Assembly (NCBI RefSeq): GCF_009914755.1 | Contig: NC_060947.1 | Origin: the human T2T-CHM13v2.0 reference genome, Homo sapiens | DNA: 64,000 bases | Direction: 5' to 3' (one strand) | Part shown: piece by piece, positions 1-16,316 of the stretch | Layout: each line of letters starts with the position of its first letter | How positions within the stretch are numbered: the stretch's first letter is position 1 | Position numbers and translations under genes: made by a program | The notes under the pieces: generated by a model | Seen by the model: the letters and a program-made list of their open reading frames with translations, nothing else | The model's database searches: none | Told to the model about the DNA's origin: nothing

Positions 1-989
1 TGGCCCTGCCTGCCCACTTAGGGCCCCATGAAGACTAGAACTAGAATTACAGAAAAAGAATGTCTGCAAGTCAAGAACAATCTGGCTTTACTACTTTATT
101 TTCATTCCTTCATCTGTTCAGTTGGGGGGCGATGTTAAAGCTATGTGACATGGGCACCAACCAGTCAGGTCAGATGCTGGCTATAATTACTTGGTAGGTT
201 ATGTATCAACCCTGGATTCAACAGATATTTATTGAGTGTCTACCATGTGCCAGCACTGTGCTAGCTAGGTACTGTATGATGCAGGGCAAGTTTCTTTCTT
301 TCTCTGAGCTTCAGTTTGCTCACTTGTGAAAAAAAAGGAGTAAGTGATCTACAAGGGCTCCTTTAGGTCTAACATTCGCAATCAATAAAATAGTAACTTT
401 TGATTGTTTTGGGAAAATAATGGAAACAGCTATAGAAAACAAGCAGCTGACCTAAGACTTGTAGATTTGAAAATGGGGGAAAAAACAGAAAATTATTCTG
501 AGTTATTGTTTGACTTGAGATTTGGATTAAGAATCAGTTCTACATGTCTTATTTTCATGATGTTTCCAAAGGGAGACAAAGATAGCTCTAATCAAAGGGT
601 GAGTTTGTTTTACAGCCTTGAACATTCAAGCTCCACCCCACTATCCCCCACCAACATGCATATACAAGACACCTTCCCCCTAAGGAGGCTACTACTTTCT
701 TTTAGCATCCTCTCTCCAGCTGCTACACTTCAAACCCTTTCGTTCAGTGGTTGGCAATAGCTTGTCCACTCTGGCAAGAGTCCATGTTCCAAGCCTTTCT
801 TAACTTCCTCTTTTCAGACTTGTCCTGCCTCATTTCCTGTTCCTTGTGGCCTCTGCCTCATAAGATGTTTGATCAATTCATCTTTGCTAATGTAGCCAAG
901 GAGGGCTAAGAAGTTTGTGGGTTACCATTTCTGGATAAAATTCATATTACAAGGAGCCTCCCCAAACCATGCTACCACTTTTATGGTGG

Positions 990-1390
990 ATTAAAAAAAT
1001 ATTATGGGAAAGTTCAAACATATATAGAAGTAAGGAGACTGTTACAGTGAATGGTCATATACCCATCAACTAGCTTCAACAATTATCAAAATTGTCAATC
1101 TTATTTCATTTATACTGCCACCCATTTCCTACTTCCTACATGACGAATTATTTTTAAGCAAGTCCCAGACATCACATCATTTCATCTGTAAATACTTTAG
1201 TATATATCTCTACAAACTAAGGACCCTTTTTGTTTTAAAAAACTGCAATACCATTATCACACTTTAAAACTAAACAATAATTGCTTAATATTCTCAATTA
1301 TCTAGTCAGTGTTTACATTTCCCCAATTGTCTCATAAGTCTTTTTTTCCTACAATTTGCTTGAATCAGGATCCAATAAGGCTCACGGTGA
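990..1390 (-). mobile_element. Old L1M (L1ME-like) 3' fragment
   Basis: Resembles the L1ME 3' UTR antisense (aagttcaaacatata...aatcaggatccaa). Confidence 0.6.
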
Positions 1391-1542
1391 TTTTTTAAAT
1401 AATGATGCTTTGTAATATACAGGGGTGAGAATTTGGGAACAAATGATTGTTTGGCCTTTAAAATCGTACTACATTGGCATTTAGGAATGAATACAGCCCT
1501 GCTGCCACAAAGTAGCTCTTTTTCCCTTCCAGATTGCTTTGA

Positions 1543-2070
<528 letters not shown>

Positions 2071-2138
2071 TGAAGCTTAGAAGTTCTCACACAACCAAGA
2101 CATAGTCTTCCTTAAAACAGAAAAAAAACACAGCCATG

Positions 2139-2141
<3 letters not shown>

Positions 2142-2182
<41 letters not shown>
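2142..2182. repeat. (CA)~20 microsatellite
   Basis: Direct reading. Confidence 0.97.
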
Positions 2183-2184
<2 letters not shown>

Positions 2185-2553
2185 TGCCAACTTCTAATAT
2201 GTCTACGGAATGTTTTTGCAAATGGTAGTACAGAGCATATCTGTGTTGTGTAATTTTTTCCCACATGATAAGGACCAATATAAACAAATTGGAAATGTGA
2301 TACTAAAAGAGAGTACTTCAGCATGGATTAATTAAGACCAATATGGGGCAATCCTTTTCTGATATTTTACAATGCACTGAAAATTTTAAAGCAAGGTGGA
2401 AAAATAGGCTTATGGGTCTGAATGTTAGGTTGAGAAAAATTATCTGTGGTCAAGTGTGTGCTTTGTAAATCTGCTGAGTTTACACTTGATCATGCAGTTT
2501 TCTATAAGTTGCTGGCTTGAATACCACTGGGAAATATACAGACCATGTGACTA

Positions 2554-3051
2554 TGAAACCAACCCAATTGTCCCACAGAGCTGATGTTTCTGATCTCTTT
2601 GAATAAACATAGAAATTGATCCTTCCAGTCTTAAAACTTGAGAAAGTTACATTTGTCTTATCTGAATTCCTTTCTCAGGAAACAAACCATCAGGCCTCCC
2701 AGAAAGTATCCGGGATCTGAAAATCACCAAATCACCACATCCGGACAGTGAGAAGCCAGATCCCTCACCCTTCTTGATTGGCTGACAAACCAACTGCTTC
2801 CTGTTGACCAACTCCTCTTCCTTATCCCTCCCTAATTCCTGTTTTCCCACACATGGTTTCACTTCTTCCCTGCTATACAAACACCTAATTTTAGTTGGTC
2901 AGGGAGATGGAATTGAGACTGATCTCTTGTCTCCTTGGCTGCTGCACCTGATTAAAGCCTTCTTCCTTGGCAATACTCATTGTCTCAGTGTTTGCCTTTC
3001 TGTGCAGTGAGAAAACAGGACCTAGATGGAACTCCTGCTGTTTTGGTAACA
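2554..3051 (+). mobile_element. ERV1-class solo LTR (MER39-like)
   Basis: TGAAACC...GGTAACA ends, internal ATTAAA polyA signal; sits inside an L1 fragment. Confidence 0.7.
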
Positions 3052-4060
<1,009 letters not shown>

Positions 4061-4549
4061 TCTGGGAGCAGCATTCCTATGATCAGTGTCTATGCTATTC
4101 CACTTTGTGCTTTTATTAATTCATTCAAGAAGGCTTTTGACGAATATAGATCGTGTACGAGATGCTGTAGTAGATTCAAAGAATAGAGCATGCTTTCTTT
4201 TCTTTTTTAAAAAATTGAGATGGTGTCTCACTATTTTGCCCAGGCTAGTCTCAAACTCCTGGGCTCAGGTGATCCTCTTGCCTGCCAAGTAGCTGGGACT
4301 ACAGGTGCAGTGCATACTTTCTGTCCTATTATTGCTGATAGTCCAGTGCAGGAATGGCAAATTTGTTTCATTTTGTGGATCAGTTCTTCTGGAATACTGT
4401 TTCCCGAAGGATTTTGAGATTGGGTTTGGGCTCAGTGGGAAGATGGCTAAGATCTATCAGTGATGTCTCTTGTTGGGTACTGGTGGGGGGGTGTTGATGT
4501 ACTTGTGCCACATGGTTGCCACCTTGGCTAAGGGCTAGAGTGACATATT

Positions 4550-6150
4550 TATGTATATAAATAATGGATTATCAACAAGACAGAATATTAGCAATTAGAG
4601 TTATGAAAGGAGGTCCAAGTAAAGTGCTGTATACAGGCAGTGGAAAAAATGATGGGGGTGTCGGGGCTGGGAGGATACCCAGAAAAGTTTTTTGAGGGCA
4701 GTGCTAGTTGGTCTGCACATTAAAGCAAGAGTAGAATCTGAAGAGATTAACAAAAGGGGGCATCCCTGTCCTCAGAAGGAGTTTGAGTAGAGTGGAAGGA
4801 TGGATTGTGAGAGAAAGATGACAGAGATAAGCAGATGACCTAGGGATTAGGCAAGAGGTGGAGAGGATCCGCTCCATGCCTGGCAAACAGGAGAGGAGGA
4901 CACAGATCTGAAGTAGTTTAGAGGTTGACTCACCAGGACTCCATGAATGGGAGGGAGATGCTCAAAATGTTATAGAGAAGCACAGGCTTGGGTGGGGAAT
5001 GGGGAGTAGATGAGAAATACGAATTTCATTTTGGACATGTTCACTGTAGTATGCTAGAGGAACCATTAGGTTATGATTTCCTACAGGGTTGGGGACACTC
5101 ACGGATGGCAATGAGAGGAGGGCAGCTTCAAGAGTCAGGGTTATGGGAGCCAGCTGCCAGGGAAAGACCAATGAGGTCATTCCCAAAATAAGACACATTG
5201 CAAGCCCTCTCAGCACAGTGTGAGGACAACCCAAATCTAAGCTAGCTCTGGGGGCAGTCATGGCATGGTAGGTTAGATGTCAAAGCAGAGACTTCATCAC
5301 GAACTTGGCAGCCCAAGAGTAACACACTGCTGCCATCTGGGGGCTGCATGTAGAAATTGTAATGGCAGCTTTGTGAAAGCCACTTAATGAGAGAGGACAT
5401 TATTTTGGAACCAGCAAGACCCTTCCTCTCAAAAGCCTTTTATAGTTCTTCCTTAAATTCTTTTCTGCCTAGTTCTACTTCTCTGTCCCCAATGAAGGAA
5501 ACCATGGGTGCACATGTTCTGTAGCATATTTCCAGAAGGACTGAACCCCTGAAAGCAGAATACTTTCAGTCAGCTACAGCATCCTAGCACTGGATTGAGA
5601 TACTCCATGCTGCTGCTGCTACTGTGCTCTAGCAACTGACCAAAGTTCTTGCCTGAACCACCCTCTGCCGGATCTCCCAAATCCCCTCATTTTGACTTCA
5701 TCACTGCCTGGTTCTGACCTTTGATACTAGAATACTGAATTTTTGCCTCCAGGGGCACAATTTACTCTTCTATGTTTTCTTTTGCTAGCATCTTTTTCCT
5801 AAGTGGAACTGGATTTTCATTTACTCATTTTTCATTCAACAAACATTTATTGAGTGGCCACAGTGTGTCAGGTACTAGGATACATTTGGGAGCAAAAATA
5901 GATGGGTCCCCTCAGAAACCTGTATTACAGTCTAACTGTAAAGACAAAACAATCATTTTAAATGTGATAATTGCTATGAAGGAAAGGTCAATGATGCAGT
6001 GAGATGTAGTGAGGTGAGATGAAGAAAAGGTCGATGAGGCTGTGAGAACAGGTAACAGGGGATTCTGACCTAGTCTTGCAGGGTAGCAAAAACTTTTCTG
6101 AGGATGTGACATTTAAGCTGAAATTTTAAGGATTGGTAGGAATTAGCCAG
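4550..6150 (-). mobile_element. Degenerate L2 fragments (4550-5200, 5820-6150)
   Basis: cattcaacaaacatttattgag 3'-end motif; attttggacatgtt. Confidence 0.55.
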
Positions 6151-6534
6151 AAATTAACTGTTCTGAAAACTATGAAACCTATAAGACTGGGAAAGAAGGG
6201 GCCATCCTCCTTGTTCCTCTGTCTTCTACAGTGGTAATACAGCAGGGAGATTCAATTGCTTTACATAGGACAGTCTCTAGGAAGATCTTTCATTCTGAAT
6301 TAGCATGTCAACTACAGTGAAAACATGTCTAAAAAATAACAATTACAACAACTAGAAAATCAGGAAATGTAGAAATAAAGAACCCCCCCTAAAACTCCTC
6401 CAAATTAGACTGCCCTAATGAAAATAGGAATAGGTATAAACAGACAAAGAAATACTAATGTTCTTGAAGTCTTGAAATACTATCTTTTGGTTTATTTCTT
6501 TTCATTTTTATTTTTCATTTAAATAATTGAACCG

Positions 6535-6836
6535 ATTTTTTATTTTTTGAGACAGGGTCTTGCTCTGTTGCTCAGGCTGTGGTGCAGTAATGTGATCACA
6601 CCTCACTGCAGCCTTCAATTCCTGGGCTCAAGCAATCCTCACACCTCAACCTCCTGAGGAGCTGGGACTACAGGTGTACACCACCACACCAACTAATTTT
6701 TTTTTTTGTATTTTTAGTAGATACAGGATTTTGCCATGTTGTCCAGACTGGTCTTGAACTCCTGGGGTCAAGTGATCTGCCTGCCTCAGCCTCCAAAATT
6801 GCTAGGATTACAGGCGTGAGCTGCTGTGCCCAGCCG
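6535..6836 (-). mobile_element. AluJ
   Basis: Alu consensus with J-type ctgggctcaagcaatcc. Confidence 0.92.
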
Positions 6837-7847
6837 AACTGCTTTTTAAAAATCTCCATATACACTTATTTGAACAACTTGATCATAATTTCTGAAATCT
6901 TTTAACACATCAGACCTGAACCAAATCAAGATACCAAAACCCACCTGAGCTTCAGATGCCTCATTGGTAAAATAGGGATTATAGTATAGTAATAGCTACA
7001 TCTTACGGCTTTTGGAGACTTAATGAGTTGACACTTACAAAGCACACCATTGCCCTGCTCATTGTAAGTGCATAATACATGTTAATATTATTATTCCAGG
7101 GCTGACCTGTTTGTAGAAGGTGTCAGGGGAAAATATTTCCAGGTTGATGGAACGTTGAGGTTGCTTCAACCCCATGCCATGGTTGGTTACTTCAGCTACG
7201 CAAGGACCAGCCCCGACATGAGAAATGATAAGTGAAAAAAAGAGAATCAAGCCCAGTACATAGCATATAATTCACCTGGCCTGCAGAAGTACACACAAAA
7301 GCTTATTCTGTAGTTCATATTCATAAGAGATATCCCCTCCCTCGTTCCTAACAGGTAATCGTCTAGTCTCTGCCTAAATCCCTGCAGCAACAGGGAGTGC
7401 CCTATTTATGGAGAAAGGCCATTTTATTTATTGATAGTTCTAATTTTCTGGATCTATCTTCAAATTCCAGAGTAAAAAGTCATTTTTATCATGTATCTTC
7501 CCATTAATCTTCCTTATGCCCTGGAGAACCAAACAGAACAAAAAAAGTCCTCACTCAAAATTGGCAAAATTGAGTAAGGACATAGATTACAATATTGCAT
7601 CAACTATCAAGTGTCCTAATTTTGGTAATGGTCTTCTATAAGAATGGCTGTGTCCCTGGGAAATATGCATTGAAGCATTAGGGAGTAAAATGGCATGATG
7701 CATGTGACCTGCCTGCAAATAGTTCCTAAAAAAAAAGAACATTAATATGTAAGTAATGAGAGAGAGTGATAAAAACAAATTGCCAAAATATTTAAAATTG
7801 GTGGGATCTGCATAGATGGTGTATGGGAATTATTTGTTCTACTTTTA

Positions 7848-8289
<442 letters not shown>

Positions 8290-9234
8290 TCACTTATTTG
8301 CTTACTCTTCACTCATTCATTTATTCTTTGATAAATATTGATTGAGCACTTGCTTTGTACTATGCCCAGAGCTGGGCACTGTGGAAGTGGTGGAGAAGAA
8401 AGTCAATTCTACCTGGCTCTCATGGAATTCAGGGGCACTTGGTGGAGTCCAAAGGTAATCAAATTATTCTACAAGTAATTGTATTATTTCTAACTCTGAT
8501 AGGGCTATGACATAAGAATCAGGGAGGGTGGGATGGTATGAGAGAGCCTGCCAGAACGTTCTGAACCTGCTAAGTGGACCCAGCATTTAAGGTTGTAGGG
8601 GTGCAAAGGGCAGTGTGCCAAAGAGATTAGCATTCCTTTATGAAAAATCTCTTGGCTGAGGGGAAGGATTTGTGAGCCCAGGTGAGCAGCTTTGGACAAG
8701 CTGTTCCATTTGTCAAGTTGTTCCATCTGCTTCCTTAAGTGTCACAAAGTATTGAAGAGAGATTGCCTGGGCTTGAATGACAGCTGCTGTTTCCTAGCCA
8801 TGTAGTTGTGAAAGAGGATAGCAGAGCCTTGGTGCCTTCACGCAGATTGAGACCCTTGTCCCCCATCAATCATAGCTATGTCTGATGGCATGGCTATGGC
8901 AGTTGGGTCCCTTGCCACACAATTTCAAGCCTGGGCCTGAGTTGAGCCCAGATGAGTCCTGGGAACAGAAACTCCAACAGGAATCATGTCAGTTTCTGTA
9001 ACAGGATTTGCCTTGCAACCTAGATGAGAAAACTGAGCTTTAGAGTCATCAGCATGTATTTTTTTTCCCAAGAAAAATAGCCATTAAATGTGGGGGTGGA
9101 TTTGAAGATCAAGCTGAGAATGTGCATGTGAAGCTTAGCACTTAGAACATAATATGCCTCCAACAAATGGCAGCTATCATTCTTTTCATCACTGATACCA
9201 AGGTGGGCTGAGTGAAGAAAAATGAGGTGGCTGA

Positions 9235-9671
<437 letters not shown>

Positions 9672-10929
9672 TAAACAGTCAGTACTCGAACTCTAGTGCA
9701 ATATTATTCATTCAATGAATGTTTATTGAGTACTTGCTATATGACAGACACTGTCCAGGTGCTGGGGCTACACAAGGAAACAAAACAAGTGAACACTTAG
9801 CTTCATATTTCTATATACCATGAGAGTTTTCACAGTGCTTTCATGTCCATGATTTCATCTGTTCCTCATGACAATACAATGAGATAGGTCCTATTATTAT
9901 TTTCATTTTATGGGTGGGGGAACTGATATATCCAGAGATTAATTAATTAACTCAAGAGCGATAGAACCCAGGCCCCAGGTTGTAGTTTAATGCTCCCTTC
10001 ACCACACACACATTCGGAACGGCCACCATCCTGATCTACCTCTTGCCAGTCTCCCTCTTGCCAGTGGGCCCCCAGGGCTTTCCAGCCTGACTTCTGCCTC
10101 TGGACCCCACCCTCCTCCCCCACTTGCTCTAGATCTTGTCTCTGCCACAGCAGTCCAGCTGATCAGTCAGCAAGGATTTCTGAAGCACCCAGCACCATGA
10201 TTTTACCATGATTTCCCAAAGGGCTACTTGGGTCTCAGTCATTTCAGTCAATCCAGACCAGCAGGCTGGCCTACATTTTCTGAGGTGTTGCAGCTATGCA
10301 GAATTGGTTGGACTTTTTGCTGGGCCCCTCTATGGTGGTGCTTTGGGAGGGCACTCTCCTGTGTTCAGATAACTGGGGCAGAATTAGAGGAATTAACAAA
10401 ATAACAGTTTTGGATGCCAGGTTCCCCATTAGGAGTTTGACTCTGCACTCCCTCAGATTTGGTGGCGTGTGCTCTCCTGCTGGTAATACACTTCCTGTGA
10501 CCTGGAAATCCTACTGCTATATTCCTTAGGTTTGGCCAGACTTTAAAACCCGCCAGATCATTGCAACTTAAGCAACTTCTAAGAACATCTCTTTACCAGG
10601 TGTTATTTAGAGAACGCAAGAGATTTACGTCTGCTCTGAAATGTTACATTGGCACTATATAAACTTTCCCAGTACACAAAGCTCTCAGGCTTTTGGACAT
10701 GTTTTCTCCTATTAAGTCATATAAATAGCTTAATAAAACAGTATTTGGTTAAACATCATTTGAATTTCCCACTGAATGATGGTTATATTCAACTCCAAGA
10801 AAACGTGGAAAGTGCAAAGGCTTTGGAATTAGACGGATCTGTTTTCAAAACATTACGCCACCTCTTAAAGCTGTGTGACTCCAGGCTTCTTACTTAACCT
10901 CTCCGAGTGTCAGTTTCAATTACACATAC

Positions 10930-11203
10930 CATGCCTGTAATCCCAGCACTTTGGGAGGCCAAGCGGGGTGGATCATTTGAGGTCAGGAGTTTAAGACCAG
11001 CCTGGCCAACATGGTGAAACCCCAACTCTACTAAAAATACAAAAATTAGCCAGGCGGTAGTGGTGCACGCCTGTTATCCCAGGTAGTCGGGAGACTGAGG
11101 CAGGATAATTAGTTGAGCCTGGCAGACGGAGGTTGTAGTGAGCTGAGATCACGCCACTGCACTCCTGTCTGGGCAACAGAGTGAGACCTTGTCTCAAAAA
11201 AAA
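10930..11203 (+). mobile_element. 5'-truncated AluS inside a MIR
   Basis: Alu consensus; MIR core tgtgact...tcagtttc upstream. Confidence 0.9.
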
Positions 11204-11366
11204 TGCAATTGTATTATTTTCATGTATGGTATCTAGAATAAATGGAAAATAGGACAATAACAGACATACAACAGGGACTCAGAATTAATGTATCTCATAA
11301 CGAGCTTTAGAAAGAAATAATAACAGATGCCAATTATAAAGCACTTACATGTCAAAAAACATACTC

Positions 11367-11530
11367 AGCTGGGTGTGGTGGTAGGCACCTATAGTCCCAG
11401 CTACTCGGGAAGCTGAGGTGGGAGGATTGCTTGAAGCCAGGAGTTGGAGGCCACAGTGAGCTATGATGAGTACAGTGAATGGCCACTGCACTTCAGCCTG
11501 GGCAACAGTGAGTTCCCTTATCTAAAAAAA
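11367..11530 (+). mobile_element. Alu monomer (FRAM/FAM-like)
   Basis: Right-arm sequence only. Confidence 0.8.
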
Positions 11531-12668
11531 ATATTCACAAGGTATTACAAGGATAATCTTCTTTAATATGCACAGTAACATTTTAGCTAGATGATATTAT
11601 AATCTCCACTTACAGATATGGAAACTGAGGCCCAGAAGGATTGTGAAACTAAAACTTAAGTGGTAGATGCAGAACCTATTTGGTTTTGCTGTAGAGCCTG
11701 CATGCTTTACCACTATTTCCCTATCTTTAGTGCTTTGCACAGGAACCAAAGAAGCACGTCTTTTAGGAAAGTCAAATCTTTTTACTCTATCCAACACTCT
11801 CTCCACTCCTATTCCCTCTTTTAATCTTACGGACACTTAATTTAGGAACCCTTTTCTTGAAATATCTGGAATCAATAGCCTGGCTCAGTCCAATATTTTA
11901 ACAATTCAGTGTAGTCCACATACACTCAGGTGAATGAGTTTAATGTTAACAGTTTATTGAAAATAGAACAGATATACAGAAATGTGCATAAAACATGTAT
12001 GTAGATTTTTAACAAATCGTTAGAAAAGAAATACCCATGTAACCACCAAGAAAGATCAGAAATCAAACACTAGGATGCCACAGAAGCCCTCTGTGGTTCT
12101 CTTTTTAATCAAAGCTCTTCTCTCACCCCCAGGCGGAACCACTAGCCTGACTTTTATAGGAATAGTTCCATGCTTTCTTTTAGTTTTTGATCATCTCTGT
12201 ATGCAAGTCTAAGCAATATAGTTTAGGCTCACCTTTGTTTGAACTTTATATAAATGGATCCACACCGTAAATATTCTTTTTCTAAAAAAATCTTTATTGT
12301 GATATAGTGTACATCTTTAAAATTCATCCTTTGAAAGTGTACAATTCAATGGTTTTTAAATATATTCAGTTACATGACCATCATCACAATCAATTTTAGA
12401 ACATTATCATCACCACAGAAAGAAACCCTGTACCTATTAGCAGTCACTCCCTTTTCCTTCCTACCCCCAACCCCTGGCAACCTCTAATCTACTTTCTATC
12501 TATGTGGATTTGTCTCTTCTGAATATTTCATATAAACAGAATCATACAATATGTGGCCTTTTGTGTGGCCATCTTTCACTTAGCATAGTGTTTCCAGGGT
12601 TCACCCATGATGTAGCATGTAAAAGCACTTCTTTCCTTTTATCCATTCATTAATTGATGGACATTTGA

Positions 12669-13131
<463 letters not shown>

Positions 13132-13515
13132 CTATTTTCCAAAGTGACTGCACCATTTTACATTCCTGTGAGCAATATTTCAGGATTCCAATTTCTCCAT
13201 ATCCTTGCTAACACTTGTTATTATCTGTCTTTTTAATTATAGCCATCCTAGTAGGTATAAAATGGTATCCAATTGTGGTTTTCGTTTGCATTTCCCTGAT
13301 GACCAAATAATGTTGAGCATCTTTTCATTGGCCATTTGTATATCATATATATTCCCTGGAGAAATGTTTACTCAGATCCTTTGTCCATTTTAAAATTAAG
13401 TTGTCTTTTTATTGTTGAGTTGTAAAACTATATATACTAGATAAAGATCCTTCATCAGATATATAATTTCCCTATACTTTCTTTCATTCTGTGGATTGTC
13501 TTTTCCCCTTCCTGA

Positions 13516-13817
<302 letters not shown>

Positions 13818-13855
13818 CTGACAGTGTCTTTTGATGCACAAAAATTTTAAATTTT

Positions 13856-13929
13856 GTGAGCCGAGATCGTGCCACTGCACTCCAGCCTGGGCAACAGAGT
13901 GAGACTCTGTCTCAAAAAAAAAAAAAAAA
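13856..13929 (+). mobile_element. Severely 5'-truncated Alu (about 60 bp + tail)
   Basis: gtgagccgagatcgtgccactg...A-tail; flanked by ttaaattttg repeats. Confidence 0.85.
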
Positions 13930-14188
13930 TTAAATTTTGATGAAGTCTAGTTTTTCTGTTTGTTGTTGTTGTTGTTGTTGCTTATACTTTGGTGTCATAT
14001 CTAAGAATGCTTTGCCTAACTCAAAGACACAAACATTTACTTCTATGACTTCTTAGAGTTTTTATAATTTTAGCTTTTATACTTAGGTCTATGATTCATT
14101 TTGAGTTAATTTTTGTACATGGTGTGAGGTGGTAGTCCAAATTCATTCTTTGCTTGTGACATCCATTTGTCCCTGCACCATTTGTTGA

Positions 14189-14773
<585 letters not shown>

Positions 14774-15188
14774 TAGGATCAGTTTCTCAGTTTCTACAAA
14801 GAAGCCAGCTGAAATTATGCTAGACATAACATTGAATCTACAGATCAATCTGTAGATTGCCATTTTATCAATATTTGGCCCTCTAAACCAGGATGATCAA
14901 ATGTCTTTCATTTATTTATATCTTTAATTTCCCTCCACAATGTTTTGCAATTTTTAGTGTAAGCTTTACACTTCATTTGTTAAATTTATTCATAAGTATT
15001 TTTGATGTTATTGTAAATGGAATTGTTTCCTTAATTTCATTTCCAGATTGTTCATTGCTAGTGTATAGAAATACAATTAAATTTTGTATAACAATCTTGT
15101 ATTTTACAATCTTGTTGAACTCATCTATTAGTTCTCATAGTTTTTCAATGGTGTCCTTAGAATTTTCCATGTACAAAATGATGTCATC

Positions 15189-15382
15189 GTTCAATTCCCA
15201 CCTATGAGTGAGAACATGCGGTGTCTGGTTTTTTGTCCTTGCGATAGTTTGCTGAGAATGATGGTTTCCAGCTTCATGTAAATGACGAGTTAATGGGTGC
15301 AGCACAGCAACATGGCACATGTATACATATGTAACAAACCTGCATGTTGTGCACATGTACCCTAGAACTTAAAGTATAATAA
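15189..15382 (+). mobile_element. L1PA 3' end with 5' inversion (twin priming)
   Basis: Antisense 15189-15277 joined to sense 15276-15382; 14-bp TSD aaaatgatgtcatc. Confidence 0.9.
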
Positions 15383-16012
15383 AAAATGATGTCATCTATG
15401 AATACAGATGGTTTTATTTCTTCCTTTCCAATCTGGATGTCGTTTATTTCTTTTTTATCTTGTCTAATTTCCCAGGCTAGAACCCCTAATACAATGTTAA
15501 ATGGAAGTGGCAAGAGAGGACATTCTTGACATGTTATAACATTGCTTTCTATTTCACTAATTTCTATTTATCATATTATCGTTTTTAAATTTTATTGGGC
15601 TTATTTTGTTTGTTTTCTTACATCTTGAGATGGACAATTCATTAACTCATTAACTCGTGGATTTTCATCATTGCTTACAGATACAAGGGTGGGTTTTTTT
15701 GTTTTGTTTTGTTTTGTTTTAGAGACAGGGTCTGGCTATGTTGCCCAGGTTCATGTGATCTTCCTGTCTCAGCCTCCTGAGTAGCAGGGACTACAGGTAT
15801 GCAGCACTGTACCGAGCTCCCACAATTTTTGATATGAGTATTTCCATTATTGTTCAGCAAAAAATATTTTTAATTTCACTATCATTGTTCTTTGACTCAT
15901 CAGTTATTTTAGAGTATGTGTCTTGGTTTCCAAACATACTGACATTTTCCAGTTATCTTTTTATTATTGGTTTGTAACTTACTTGCATTGCAATCAGATT
16001 TTAATTCTTTGA

Positions 16013-16316
<304 letters not shown>

